Assembly (NCBI GenBank): GCA_025465465.1 | Contig: JAODND010000089.1 | Coordinates: 85,336 to 149,335 of the forward strand | Reading direction: 5' to 3' | Source: Frankiales bacterium | Lineage (GTDB): Bacteria > Actinomycetota > Actinomycetes > Mycobacteriales > SCTD01 | Length of the DNA: 64,000 nt | Shown here: piece by piece, positions 48,341 to 56,537 of the stretch | How positions within the stretch are numbered: the stretch's first letter is position 1 | Layout of the letters: each line of letters begins with the position of its first letter | The notes under the pieces: generated by a model | Seen by the model: only the letters and a program-made list of their open reading frames with translations | Told to the model about the DNA's origin: nothing | Databases searched by the model: none | Translations under genes and position numbers: made by a program

Positions 48341-50230
48341 ATCGGAACTTTCTTCGCCCTGAGCGTCGCCGGCATCGTCTACGGCTGCGTGTACTCCATC
48401 ACGGCGTCCGGCCTGGTGGTCACCTACGCCACGTCAGGCATCTTCAACTTCGCCCACGGAGCGCTCGGCATGCTGGGGGCCTTCACCTACTGGCAGCTGA
48501 CCGTGGCCTGGCACGTGCCACCCCTTGCCGCTCTGGCACTCGTCCTGCTGGTGGTGGCGCCGCTGCTCGGCGCTGTCGTGGAGCGGGTGCTCATCCGGCG
48601 TCTCTACGGAACGTCGTTGAGCGTCACGCTCGTCGTGACGGTCGGGCTGCTGCTCGCACTGATCGGGGTAGCGAACCTGATCTGGAGCCCGGTGACCCCC
48701 AGGGTGCTCAAGCCGTTCTTCCCCAACAGCCTGATCCATCTGCCGGGTGTCAACGTCAGCGCCCACCAGGCGATCGTCGTGCTCGTGTCGCTACTGGTCG
48801 CGGTCGCACTGCGGGTCTTCCTCGCGCGCACCCGGACCGGTGCCACGATGCGGGCGGTTGTCGATGACCCAGGACTGGTCGCACTCACCGGGACCTCGCC
48901 GGCACGCGCCAGTCAGCTGTCGTGGGCGCTCGGCTCCAGCCTGGCCGCCCTGGCCGGCATCCTGCTCGCGCCCTTGGTGACGCTGAGCATCCTGACGCTG
49001 ACGCTCCTGGTCATCAACGGCTATGCGGCGGCCGTCGTCGGCCGGCTGCGCAGCCTTCCGCTGACTGCCGTCGGCGGGCTCGCCCTGGGGCTGGCCGAGT
49101 CCTACTCGACGGGCTATCTCGGCGGAGACCTGCCCAACCTGCTGCGGCCGGCGCTGCCGATGTTCCTGCTGTTCGTGGCGGTCGTCTTCCTCCGCGACAC
49201 GCGCCTGCGGGCTGGTGGCCGCATCGTGGGCTGGAGTCCGCGGGCCGTCGGCCTGGGCGAGTCCGTCCGCTGGTCGTCACTCCTGCTCGTCGTGGCTCTG
49301 CTGGCCGCCGCCCTCGCACCGGGTGGCCTGGTCGACTTCCTGTCGTCGACCTTGGCCATCGGCTTCGTGCTGCTGTCGCTCGTCCTTCTCAGCGGGTACG
49401 CCGGCCAGGTGTCGCTGTGCCAGCTCACGTTCGTCGGGGTCGGCGCCTACGTCATGGCCAAGGTCGCGCCCGGCGGGTCGGCTTTCGGGATCCTGGTCGT
49501 CGTACCTGTGTGCGCGCTGCTGGGCGTTGCTGTGGCAGTGCCGGTCCTGCGCCTTCGCGGCCTGTATCTCGCGCTCGCGACACTCGCGTTCGCCTCGGGG
49601 ATGGACACGATCTTCTTCCTGAACGCCTTCGGCACCGGAGGTGCGATCAGCGTGCCCCGGCTGTCCTTGCCAGGTGTCGACAGCAACCGCGGCTACCTGA
49701 TCCTGCTCACGCTGGCGTTCGCGGCCGGCGCCGTGGGGCTGCTGAGTCTGCGCCGTTCCCGGGTCGGGCGGCGGATGTCAGCGCTGAATGACAGCCCCGC
49801 CGCGTGCGTCACGCTCGGCGTCGGCGTGAACCGGACGAAGCTCGGCGTCTTCGCCGGCGCCGCGGCGATGTCCGGCCTGGGTGGGGTGTTGCTGGGCGGG
49901 CAGGAAGGACTCGTGAGCGGGAACGACTTCCAGATGCTCAACAGCCTCGTGCTGCTGCTCATCTTGACGATCGGAGGGGCGTCCACCGTCAGCGGAGCGT
50001 TGCTCGGGGCCGTCCTGTTCAGCGCGTTCCCGATCATTGCCGAGCACGTGTCCTTCCTCAGCCAGGCCTCGCTGCTGCTGACCGGGCTCGGAGCCGTCAG
50101 CATCGGTCGCAATCCCTACGGCATCGTGGGGGAGGCGTCACGTCGCTTTGCCGCCGCCCGCCAGGCCGGCCGTGGTGCCCTTGCCAGCGTGGTCATCCGT
50201 CCTTCGCCCCTCCGCGACGGTGTCCTGTGA
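48341..50230 (+). CDS. Fused LivH-LivM branched-chain-type ABC permease
   Basis: FNFAHG and GQVSL.Q..F.G.G motifs, many TM helices; start placed at ATC 48341 after AGGAG (ORF-track start GTG 48389 lies inside TM1). Confidence 0.9.
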   Translation: MGTFFALSVAGIVYGCVYSITASGLVVTYATSGIFNFAHGALGMLGAFTYWQLTVAWHVPPLAALALVLLVVAPLLGAVVERVLIRRLYGTSLSVTLVVTVGLLLALIGVANLIWSPVTPRVLKPFFPNSLIHLPGVNVSAHQAIVVLVSLLVAVALRVFLARTRTGATMRAVVDDPGLVALTGTSPARASQLSWALGSSLAALAGILLAPLVTLSILTLTLLVINGYAAAVVGRLRSLPLTAVGGLALGLAESYSTGYLGGDLPNLLRPALPMFLLFVAVVFLRDTRLRAGGRIVGWSPRAVGLGESVRWSSLLLVVALLAAALAPGGLVDFLSSTLAIGFVLLSLVLLSGYAGQVSLCQLTFVGVGAYVMAKVAPGGSAFGILVVVPVCALLGVAVAVPVLRLRGLYLALATLAFASGMDTIFFLNAFGTGGAISVPRLSLPGVDSNRGYLILLTLAFAAGAVGLLSLRRSRVGRRMSALNDSPAACVTLGVGVNRTKLGVFAGAAAMSGLGGVLLGGQEGLVSGNDFQMLNSLVLLLILTIGGASTVSGALLGAVLFSAFPIIAEHVSFLSQASLLLTGLGAVSIGRNPYGIVGEASRRFAAARQAGRGALASVVIRPSPLRDGVL

Positions 50231-50949
50231 GCGCCGACGCCGACATCCCGGCCCTCGAGCTCATCGACGTCCGCGCGGGCTACGGCCGGATCGAGGTGCT
50301 GCACACCGTCGACCTGGTCGTGCCGCCGGGCTCGGTCGTCGCCCTTCTCGGACCGAACGGTGCCGGGAAGACCACGACGCTGGCGGTTGCCAGTGGCCGC
50401 GTGGTGCCGACAGCCGGCTGCGTCCATGTCGGCGGGCGACACGTCAACGGGCTTCCGCCGGAGGCTTTCGTGCGCGGGGGCGTGTGCAGCATCCCGGAAG
50501 GACGTGGGGTCTTTGCCAACCTCACCGTCCGAGACAACCTGAAGCTCTGGAGTCACGGCACCAGCCGGTCCCTGTCCGAGATCGAGGACATGGTGTTCGC
50601 GCGGTTTCCGCGACTGAAGGAGCGCAGGCGGCAGCTCGCCGGCACGATGTCCGGAGGCGAACAGCAAATGCTTGCGGTGGCGCGCGCGGTCGTGGCCGAC
50701 GCGGGCCTGCTGCTCCTCGACGAGATCAGCATGGGCCTGGCGCCGCGCATCGTCGCCGAGCTCTACGAGCTCGTCGCACAGCTCGCCGCGGACGGGCTCG
50801 CCATCCTGCTGGTGGAGCAGTTCGCCCAGACAGCCCTTGCCGTCGCCGACCATGCGGCGATCATGACGTCAGGTGTCATCCGGGCCGTCGGCGATCCCGT
50901 GGACATCGCAGCGGAGCTCGCGGCCGCATATCTCGGAGGAGTGGCATGA
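50227..50949 (+). CDS. livF: ABC transporter ATP-binding protein, LivF-like
   Basis: GPNGAGKTT, PEGRGVFANLTV.DNL, MSGGEQQMLA, LLLDE; GTGA overlap. Confidence 0.92.
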   Translation: MSADADIPALELIDVRAGYGRIEVLHTVDLVVPPGSVVALLGPNGAGKTTTLAVASGRVVPTAGCVHVGGRHVNGLPPEAFVRGGVCSIPEGRGVFANLTVRDNLKLWSHGTSRSLSEIEDMVFARFPRLKERRRQLAGTMSGGEQQMLAVARAVVADAGLLLLDEISMGLAPRIVAELYELVAQLAADGLAILLVEQFAQTALAVADHAAIMTSGVIRAVGDPVDIAAELAAAYLGGVA

Positions 50950-52268
50950 GATCGATTCGCTGGTGTGCACCGACTGGCCTGATCATCGCGGCCTTCGCCG
51001 TGCCGCCTCTGATCCCGGCTGGGACCTCGACGGCCTACGCAGCCGTCGAACCCGGGTCCGGCTTCGCGTCCTACCGGCTCTCCGCCAACGCTCCGACCCT
51101 CAGCTTCACCGAGGACAACGACGGGGCGACCGCACATCCGGAGGCCGAGGGTGACCTGCCCGAGGCGGTCAGCACCCTCGGCAGCACCGGCGGCTCCTAC
51201 GCGCTGTCGAGCGCCGTGTGGCCGGGGGCGCTCGCGGGAAACCTCGGGACCCTGCTCATCGGAGCGAGCGGCGGCCAGGTGCCTGACCAGGCGAGCGTTC
51301 TTGACGATCCGGTTCGCGCCGAGGCCAAGAACAACGAGGGCAGCGTGAGCAACAAGAGCTACCCAGGTATGACCCTGCTCGCGGACTCGCATCCGGCTTC
51401 AGCCTCGGCGTCCGCGCACCTCCAGGGGGCGCAGGCCTCGGCAGCTCTGGCTCTCGGCGACACCAGCGCGGACAGCTCCACGGTGCTGGTCGGCGCCTTG
51501 ACGGCCAAGGCGACGTCCACCGGCAGCCTGCACGACGTCAAGCTGGCGGGCGGTGCCGTCAGCATCGCCTCCGTGCGCTCCACGGCGTCCGTTGTCAGCG
51601 ATGGTCGCAAGGCGACCGGGTCTGGATCCACGATCGTCTCAGGAGCCACTGTCGCAGGGCTGCCCGTCGCGATCGACGGTTCCGGCGTACATGCTGCCAG
51701 CGCGAGTCAGGCGCTTCCAGGTCAGGCGCAGCAGACCGTCAACACGGCGCTCCGCAACCTCGGCATGACCATCGCGCTCATCGGTCCGACCACCTCAACG
51801 AAGGCCGGCACCGTGAGCTACGTGGCAGCCACCCTCGTGGTGACATGGATGCCGCCGCCGGCGCCCGGTGGGCCGAACACCCACGAGAAGATCGTCGTCA
51901 CCGTCGGGGGAGCGTCCGCTGCGGCGTCCGCCGTGCCGGGCTATGTCGTGCCGACCACCGGTGACCTTCCCTCGACAGCCCTGCCGCCGACGCTCCCGGG
52001 CTCCCCGGGGTCGAACGGCCAGGTCGCGCCGCAGCCGAACGTGGGCGGCCCTGTCACCCAGCCCACCCTCGCCGCGGGAGGTGTTGGCCCTGCCATCGCC
52101 CCGGTCAACGCGGCGTCAACCCAGCTGCCTGCGATCCCCGGTCCGCTCGCCGTCGGGTGGCTGCTCGCGGGCATTGCGGCCGCCATCGTGCTCGGACTCG
52201 GCTACCTCCGTCGGCTTCCGACGGCGTTTGCAACGGCGACTGGACGATGCCCGTGGGAGGTCTCTTGA
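50946..52268 (+). CDS. Secreted, C-terminally membrane-anchored hypothetical protein
   Basis: N-terminal hydrophobic signal ending TAYA, Ala/Ser/Thr/Gly-rich core, Pro-rich stalk, TM AVGWLLAGIAAAIVLGLGYL then RR; ATGA overlap with livF. Confidence 0.8.
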   Translation: MRSIRWCAPTGLIIAAFAVPPLIPAGTSTAYAAVEPGSGFASYRLSANAPTLSFTEDNDGATAHPEAEGDLPEAVSTLGSTGGSYALSSAVWPGALAGNLGTLLIGASGGQVPDQASVLDDPVRAEAKNNEGSVSNKSYPGMTLLADSHPASASASAHLQGAQASAALALGDTSADSSTVLVGALTAKATSTGSLHDVKLAGGAVSIASVRSTASVVSDGRKATGSGSTIVSGATVAGLPVAIDGSGVHAASASQALPGQAQQTVNTALRNLGMTIALIGPTTSTKAGTVSYVAATLVVTWMPPPAPGGPNTHEKIVVTVGGASAAASAVPGYVVPTTGDLPSTALPPTLPGSPGSNGQVAPQPNVGGPVTQPTLAAGGVGPAIAPVNAASTQLPAIPGPLAVGWLLAGIAAAIVLGLGYLRRLPTAFATATGRCPWEVS

Positions 52269-52708
52269 TGACCGCGCTCGAACAACCCGGCACGCAGAGC
52301 CGACACAGCTTCCTGGTGCGCCGCATCGCGGCCGAGACCGACGGCGTCCGCCGATGGACGCTGTCGCAGGTGTTCTTCGCTACCGGCTCAGTGGCGATTC
52401 CCCTCGGTCTGGTGTTCCTGGCGCTCGGCTACTGGGGTGTCGCGCACACGACGCTGGTCTTCGACCAGCTGCCGTACCTCGCCTCCGGAGGATTGGTGGG
52501 GCTGGGGCTCATCATCCTCGGCGGCTTCCTCTACTTCGGCCATTGGCAGGTGCTCGCCGCGGAGGAGCGTCGAGCTGAGAGTCGCCGCCAGGCCGAGCGC
52601 GACCAGCAGCTGCTCGCCAGCCTCGACCGGGTGCATGAGGCCCTGCAGGCGCTGGCGGCCCCGTCCTCCCGGCGCGACCGAGCTCCGGGCCGCACCTCCG
52701 CTCCCTGA
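52268..52708 (+). CDS. Two-TM hypothetical membrane protein with charged helical tail
   Basis: Two hydrophobic helices flanking DQLPYLASGG, then EERRAESRRQAERDQQLL; TGATG overlap. Confidence 0.78.
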   Translation: MTALEQPGTQSRHSFLVRRIAAETDGVRRWTLSQVFFATGSVAIPLGLVFLALGYWGVAHTTLVFDQLPYLASGGLVGLGLIILGGFLYFGHWQVLAAEERRAESRRQAERDQQLLASLDRVHEALQALAAPSSRRDRAPGRTSAP

Positions 52709-52769
52709 CCGACCACCTGCGGGTGTCCCGAGACTGCTTGACATCGGCTGCGCAGCCTTCAGAATAAAT

Positions 52770-52783
52770 CAGATATACAACAT
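52770..52783. promoter_or_regulatory. Putative GntR/FadR operator (motif 1)
   Basis: CAGATATACAACAT upstream of livG-like gene. Confidence 0.65.
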
Positions 52784-52819
52784 GCACGATGCATTCTGCG
52801 GAGTGCTCCGAGGCAAGGG

Positions 52820-53638
52820 GTGAGGCGGACGACGACCTTGAGCGCGCCGAGCCCGGTTGACGGCCAGGGCGACGAGCCTACGGACCCGGCGCTGCAGGTC
52901 CATGACGTGTCGGTGGCCTTCGGCGGCGTCCGGGCGCTGGACGCGGTCAGCCTCTCCGTGCAGGCGGGTCAGGTCACCGGGCTGATCGGGCCGAATGGCG
53001 CGGGAAAGACCACGCTGTTCAACGTCATCACCGGCCTGCAGACACCGAACGCCGGCCGCATCGTGCTGCGTGGGCGCGACATCACGGCACGCACTCCGGT
53101 CCGCCGCGCCAGGATGGGGATGGCGCGGACCTTCCAACGACTCGAGGTCTTCGGCAGCCTCACAGCGCTCGACAACATCCTCGCCGCCGCGGAGTTCCGC
53201 CGGGGCTGGGCGCGCGATGGCAGCGACCCGCGTCGGGTCGCGGACGACATCCTCGACAGGGTGGGTCTACGGGAGGTGGCCGGCGAACGCGTCGACGGCC
53301 TACCTACCGGTCTGGCGCGGCTGGTCGAGCTCGGTCGGGCGCTCGCCACCCGCCCGTCCCTGCTCCTGCTCGACGAGCCTGGCTCAGGCCTCGACGGGAC
53401 CGAGAGCGCTGCGCTGGGCGAGCTGCTCGTCGAGACGAGTGCGACCGGGACAGCGGTGCTCATCGTCGAGCACGACGTGGAGCTGGTGATGCGCATCTGC
53501 AGCACCGTGCACGTGCTCGACTTCGGGCGTCTCATCGCGTCCGGAGCGCCGTCGCAGGTCCAGCGGGACCCAGCAGTCCAGGCCGCCTACCTGGGTGCCG
53601 AGGGCGGCTCGACCGCAACCGGCAAAGGCGTGACCTAG
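52820..53638 (+). CDS. livG: ABC transporter ATP-binding protein, LivG-like
   Basis: FGGVRAL, GPNGAGKTTLFN, RTFQ, LLLDEP, EHD, AYLG. Confidence 0.92.
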   Translation: MRRTTTLSAPSPVDGQGDEPTDPALQVHDVSVAFGGVRALDAVSLSVQAGQVTGLIGPNGAGKTTLFNVITGLQTPNAGRIVLRGRDITARTPVRRARMGMARTFQRLEVFGSLTALDNILAAAEFRRGWARDGSDPRRVADDILDRVGLREVAGERVDGLPTGLARLVELGRALATRPSLLLLDEPGSGLDGTESAALGELLVETSATGTAVLIVEHDVELVMRICSTVHVLDFGRLIASGAPSQVQRDPAVQAAYLGAEGGSTATGKGVT

Positions 53639-53886
53639 CGGGCTCGTGATCAGGAGGTCGGTCAGATGCGCCACTTTGCTCGCGAGTATGCGCTGCGGCA
53701 GGGGCATCCGGCGACGGAGCACTGGCCGTCCAGCGCCCGGCGCCGAGGCTCGACACAGGCAACTGGTGTTGGCCGGCACACTGGTCATCGCGCGGCATCC
53801 CCTGGATGGAGCTGGTCCGACGGTCTGCGGCGCATCTTCACCAGGTCCTGAGCACCTGCGGTTGCGGGCCACCTCTGACGGTCGGC

Positions 53887-55002
53887 TTAGGTCTCGCCTC
53901 CGAGGATGCACGCACCGCGGCCTGAGCTCATCAGCACGTGACGGGCGCCCGCCACCTGGTTGGCTGCTGTGCCGCGCACCTGCCGTACCGCCTCGGTCAG
54001 CAGGTTCATCCCGTGCAGGTAGCCCTCGCCGATCAGGCCGCCGTTCGTGTTCACCGGCACGATCCCACCCCGCCGGATCGCACCGCTCGCCACGAAGTCC
54101 TTGACCTCGCCCCGCGGGCACAGGGCCAGGTCCTCGAGACTGCTGAACACCTCGACGGAGAACGCGTCGTAGACCATGGCAGCGTCGAGGTCCGTGGGCC
54201 CGACACCGGCCTGCGCGTACACGCGGCCGGCAACATCGGCGGCTCCCACCCCTTGAGCGGCCCCGAGCACGACGGCGGGCCGCTGTCGCAGGTCGCGCGC
54301 CCGTTCGACGGTGCTGACGACGAAGGCCACACCACCGTCGGTCTCCTGGCAGCAGTCCAGCAGCCGCAGGACGGGTTCGATGATCCAGCGCGACGCCTGG
54401 TGTTCCTCGAACGTGATCGGCCGGTTGTGGAACCATGCGCTCGGGTTGGTCGCCGCAAAGTCACGGATGCCGACGACATACTCGGCGAAGTCCTCGTTGG
54501 ACAGCGCGTGGGAGCTCATGAAGGCCATGGCGTGCATCGACAGCGTCGCGGCGGGTGTGAGGGCTCCGTAGGGCGCATACCACTGCGCGAACGACCAGCC
54601 GGAGCCGACGCTCGGCGCCGCACCGGGGTCTCGCGGCTGCCCGAACCGACGGCCTGACCTCGCGTTCAAAGCCCGGTAGACGAGCACATGTCGCGCAGCG
54701 CCGGTCGCGACCGCCGCGGCTGCGTGGTAGACGGTCGCGCCCGATCCGCCGCCGCCGTGCGGGAGCCGGACGGAGTATCCGAGTGACGGCACGCCGAGCA
54801 CACGCATGAGCTCGACATCTTCGGTCGGGTCGACGCTGAACGTCACCATGCCGTCGATGTCAGAGACGCCCAGCCCTGCGTCGGCAAGCGCTGCCAGGCT
54901 GGCCTCCGCGGCGAGCTGCAGCTCGCTGCGACCGGAATCCTTGGAGAAGTCGGTCTGCCCGATCCCGACGATCGCAGCGTCCAGCGGCCGGGTGGTGCTC
55001 AC
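53887..55002 (-). CDS. Lipid-transfer protein / Ltp2-like thiolase-fold aldolase
   Basis: AAIVGIGQTDFSKDSGRSEL, LLDCCQETDGG, VYDAF, GGLIGEGYLHG; no N-terminal catalytic Cys; GTGA overlap at 55002. Confidence 0.88.
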   Translation of the reverse strand: MSTTRPLDAAIVGIGQTDFSKDSGRSELQLAAEASLAALADAGLGVSDIDGMVTFSVDPTEDVELMRVLGVPSLGYSVRLPHGGGGSGATVYHAAAAVATGAARHVLVYRALNARSGRRFGQPRDPGAAPSVGSGWSFAQWYAPYGALTPAATLSMHAMAFMSSHALSNEDFAEYVVGIRDFAATNPSAWFHNRPITFEEHQASRWIIEPVLRLLDCCQETDGGVAFVVSTVERARDLRQRPAVVLGAAQGVGAADVAGRVYAQAGVGPTDLDAAMVYDAFSVEVFSSLEDLALCPRGEVKDFVASGAIRRGGIVPVNTNGGLIGEGYLHGMNLLTEAVRQVRGTAANQVAGARHVLMSSGRGACILGGET

Positions 55003-55415
55003 GCGCGCACGGGACGGAACAGCGGCACGCCCAATGCTTTGTCGGTGGTAGCGGCGAAGCAGACCTCCACGGGCATCCCGAGCTCGAGCTCGTCCCGTGC
55101 GGCGTCGCAGATGTTCGTCGTCACCCGTGGACCTTCCTCGAGCTCGACCGTGCCGACGACGATCGGTAGTTCGAACGACGGGATGGGGGGGTGATGAATG
55201 ATGATGAAGCTCGTCAGCCGTCCGCGTCCTGACATCTGCTTGACGGTGCGCTGTGGACTGTGGCAGCTGGGGCACAGCGGCGCGGGCGGGTGGCAAAGGA
55301 CACCGCATCTGCCGCAGTCCTGGATGAGCAGCTCCCCCCGTCCGGCACCCTCCCAGTAGAACGCGGTGTCGCGTGTGATCGAGGGTGCCGGGCGTCGCGT
55401 CTCGTCGGTTTCCAA
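54999..55415 (-). CDS. DUF35 Zn-ribbon/OB-fold protein
   Basis: FYWEG, QDCGRC...PLCPSC, ELEEGPRV.TN. Confidence 0.92.
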   Translation of the reverse strand: METDETRRPAPSITRDTAFYWEGAGRGELLIQDCGRCGVLCHPPAPLCPSCHSPQRTVKQMSGRGRLTSFIIIHHPPIPSFELPIVVGTVELEEGPRVTTNICDAARDELELGMPVEVCFAATTDKALGVPLFRPVRA

Positions 55416-55420
55416 CTCGG

Positions 55421-56497
55421 TCAGGCCGACAACCCGTAGAGGCGTGACGCGTTCCCGGCGACGATGAGCTGCCGTTCGTCGGGAGGTACGTCAACGAAGA
55501 GACGGTCGACGCTCTCGCGGGAATGCGGCCAGCTCGAACCCGGGTGCGGGAAGTCGGTGGACCAGAGGATGTTCTCCACCCCGACCTCGTGTCGCAGGCT
55601 CAGGCCTTCGCTGTCACCGCCGACGAACGTCAGGAACATCTGCTCGCGGAAGTACTCGCTGGGCAACTTCTTGACGCCCGGGAACAACCGCTCGCCGCTG
55701 TGCTTGAACTGCCCGTCCAGACGGCGTAGCCACATCACGACGTACTCGATGCCCGGCTCGACGAACGCGATGCGCAGTGCCGGGAACCGTTCCAGCAGAC
55801 CTGTCATGATCCAGAACGAGATGTTCTCGACGAGCATGAGGGTCGGCAACGACGTGAAGATGCTCTTGTACGGCGTTGGGTCGCGCACGTAGACGTCGAA
55901 CAGGGTGTTCTTCAGTCCGATGTGCTGGCTGATCACCAGGTCGGTCTCCGACAGCGCCGCCCACAACGGGTCGTAGCGGCTGTCGAAGTAGTCAGGATGG
56001 CCGAGCTCGGCGGGGTAGTTGGGGAGGTGCACCGAACGCGCCCCCAGGGCGGCGAGACGCTGGACCTCGGCCACGGCGTGGTCGATGTCGAGGATCGGCA
56101 CCTGGTAGCTGGCGACCAGGCGGGTCGGGTCGATGCTGCAGAAGTCGGCCAGCGAGTCGTTGAAGGCGCGGGCGACCTCCTTCCAGTGTTTGCCGGCGAG
56201 TGGGAACTGGCGGAACGCGCTCAGCTCTGAGTACAGGACCTCGGCGTGCACGCCGTCACGGTCCATGGCCGCGAGCCGTGCCTTCGGGTCCCAGTAGCCC
56301 GGATCGGCCGCGCCGGGGGCCATGTCTGCGAAGTCCTCCAACTGCTGGCGCTTCCCGCCGCGCTGCTCGAGCTCGATCGCTTCCAAGGTCGCGACGGCGT
56401 CGTTGTAGGAGTCGATCGCTTGCGCGGGTAGCCGTTCGCGTACCCAGTCTGCGGTGATGCGGACATGGGAGTCGGCGGAGATGAGTCGCTCTGGCAT
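55421..56497 (-). CDS. Amidohydrolase family protein (Amidohydro_2-like)
   Basis: ISADSHV, HIG, WSTDFPH; AGGAG RBS. Confidence 0.9.
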   Translation of the reverse strand: MPERLISADSHVRITADWVRERLPAQAIDSYNDAVATLEAIELEQRGGKRQQLEDFADMAPGAADPGYWDPKARLAAMDRDGVHAEVLYSELSAFRQFPLAGKHWKEVARAFNDSLADFCSIDPTRLVASYQVPILDIDHAVAEVQRLAALGARSVHLPNYPAELGHPDYFDSRYDPLWAALSETDLVISQHIGLKNTLFDVYVRDPTPYKSIFTSLPTLMLVENISFWIMTGLLERFPALRIAFVEPGIEYVVMWLRRLDGQFKHSGERLFPGVKKLPSEYFREQMFLTFVGGDSEGLSLRHEVGVENILWSTDFPHPGSSWPHSRESVDRLFVDVPPDERQLIVAGNASRLYGLSA

Positions 56498-56537
56498 GGC
56501 ACTCCTTGCTGGTCGGTTGCCGGTCAGGGTCTGTCCG

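Noticed and set aside
52746-52757. Perfect 12-bp palindrome GGCTGCGCAGCC upstream of livG-like gene
   Set aside because: Single GC-rich occurrence, plausible by chance at this base composition.
53639-53886. About 250-bp gap between convergent livG-like and Ltp2-like genes
   Set aside because: Candidate ORFs (53646-54104 +, 53532-53798 -) lack recognisable motifs and overlap real genes; no clear terminator or repeat found.
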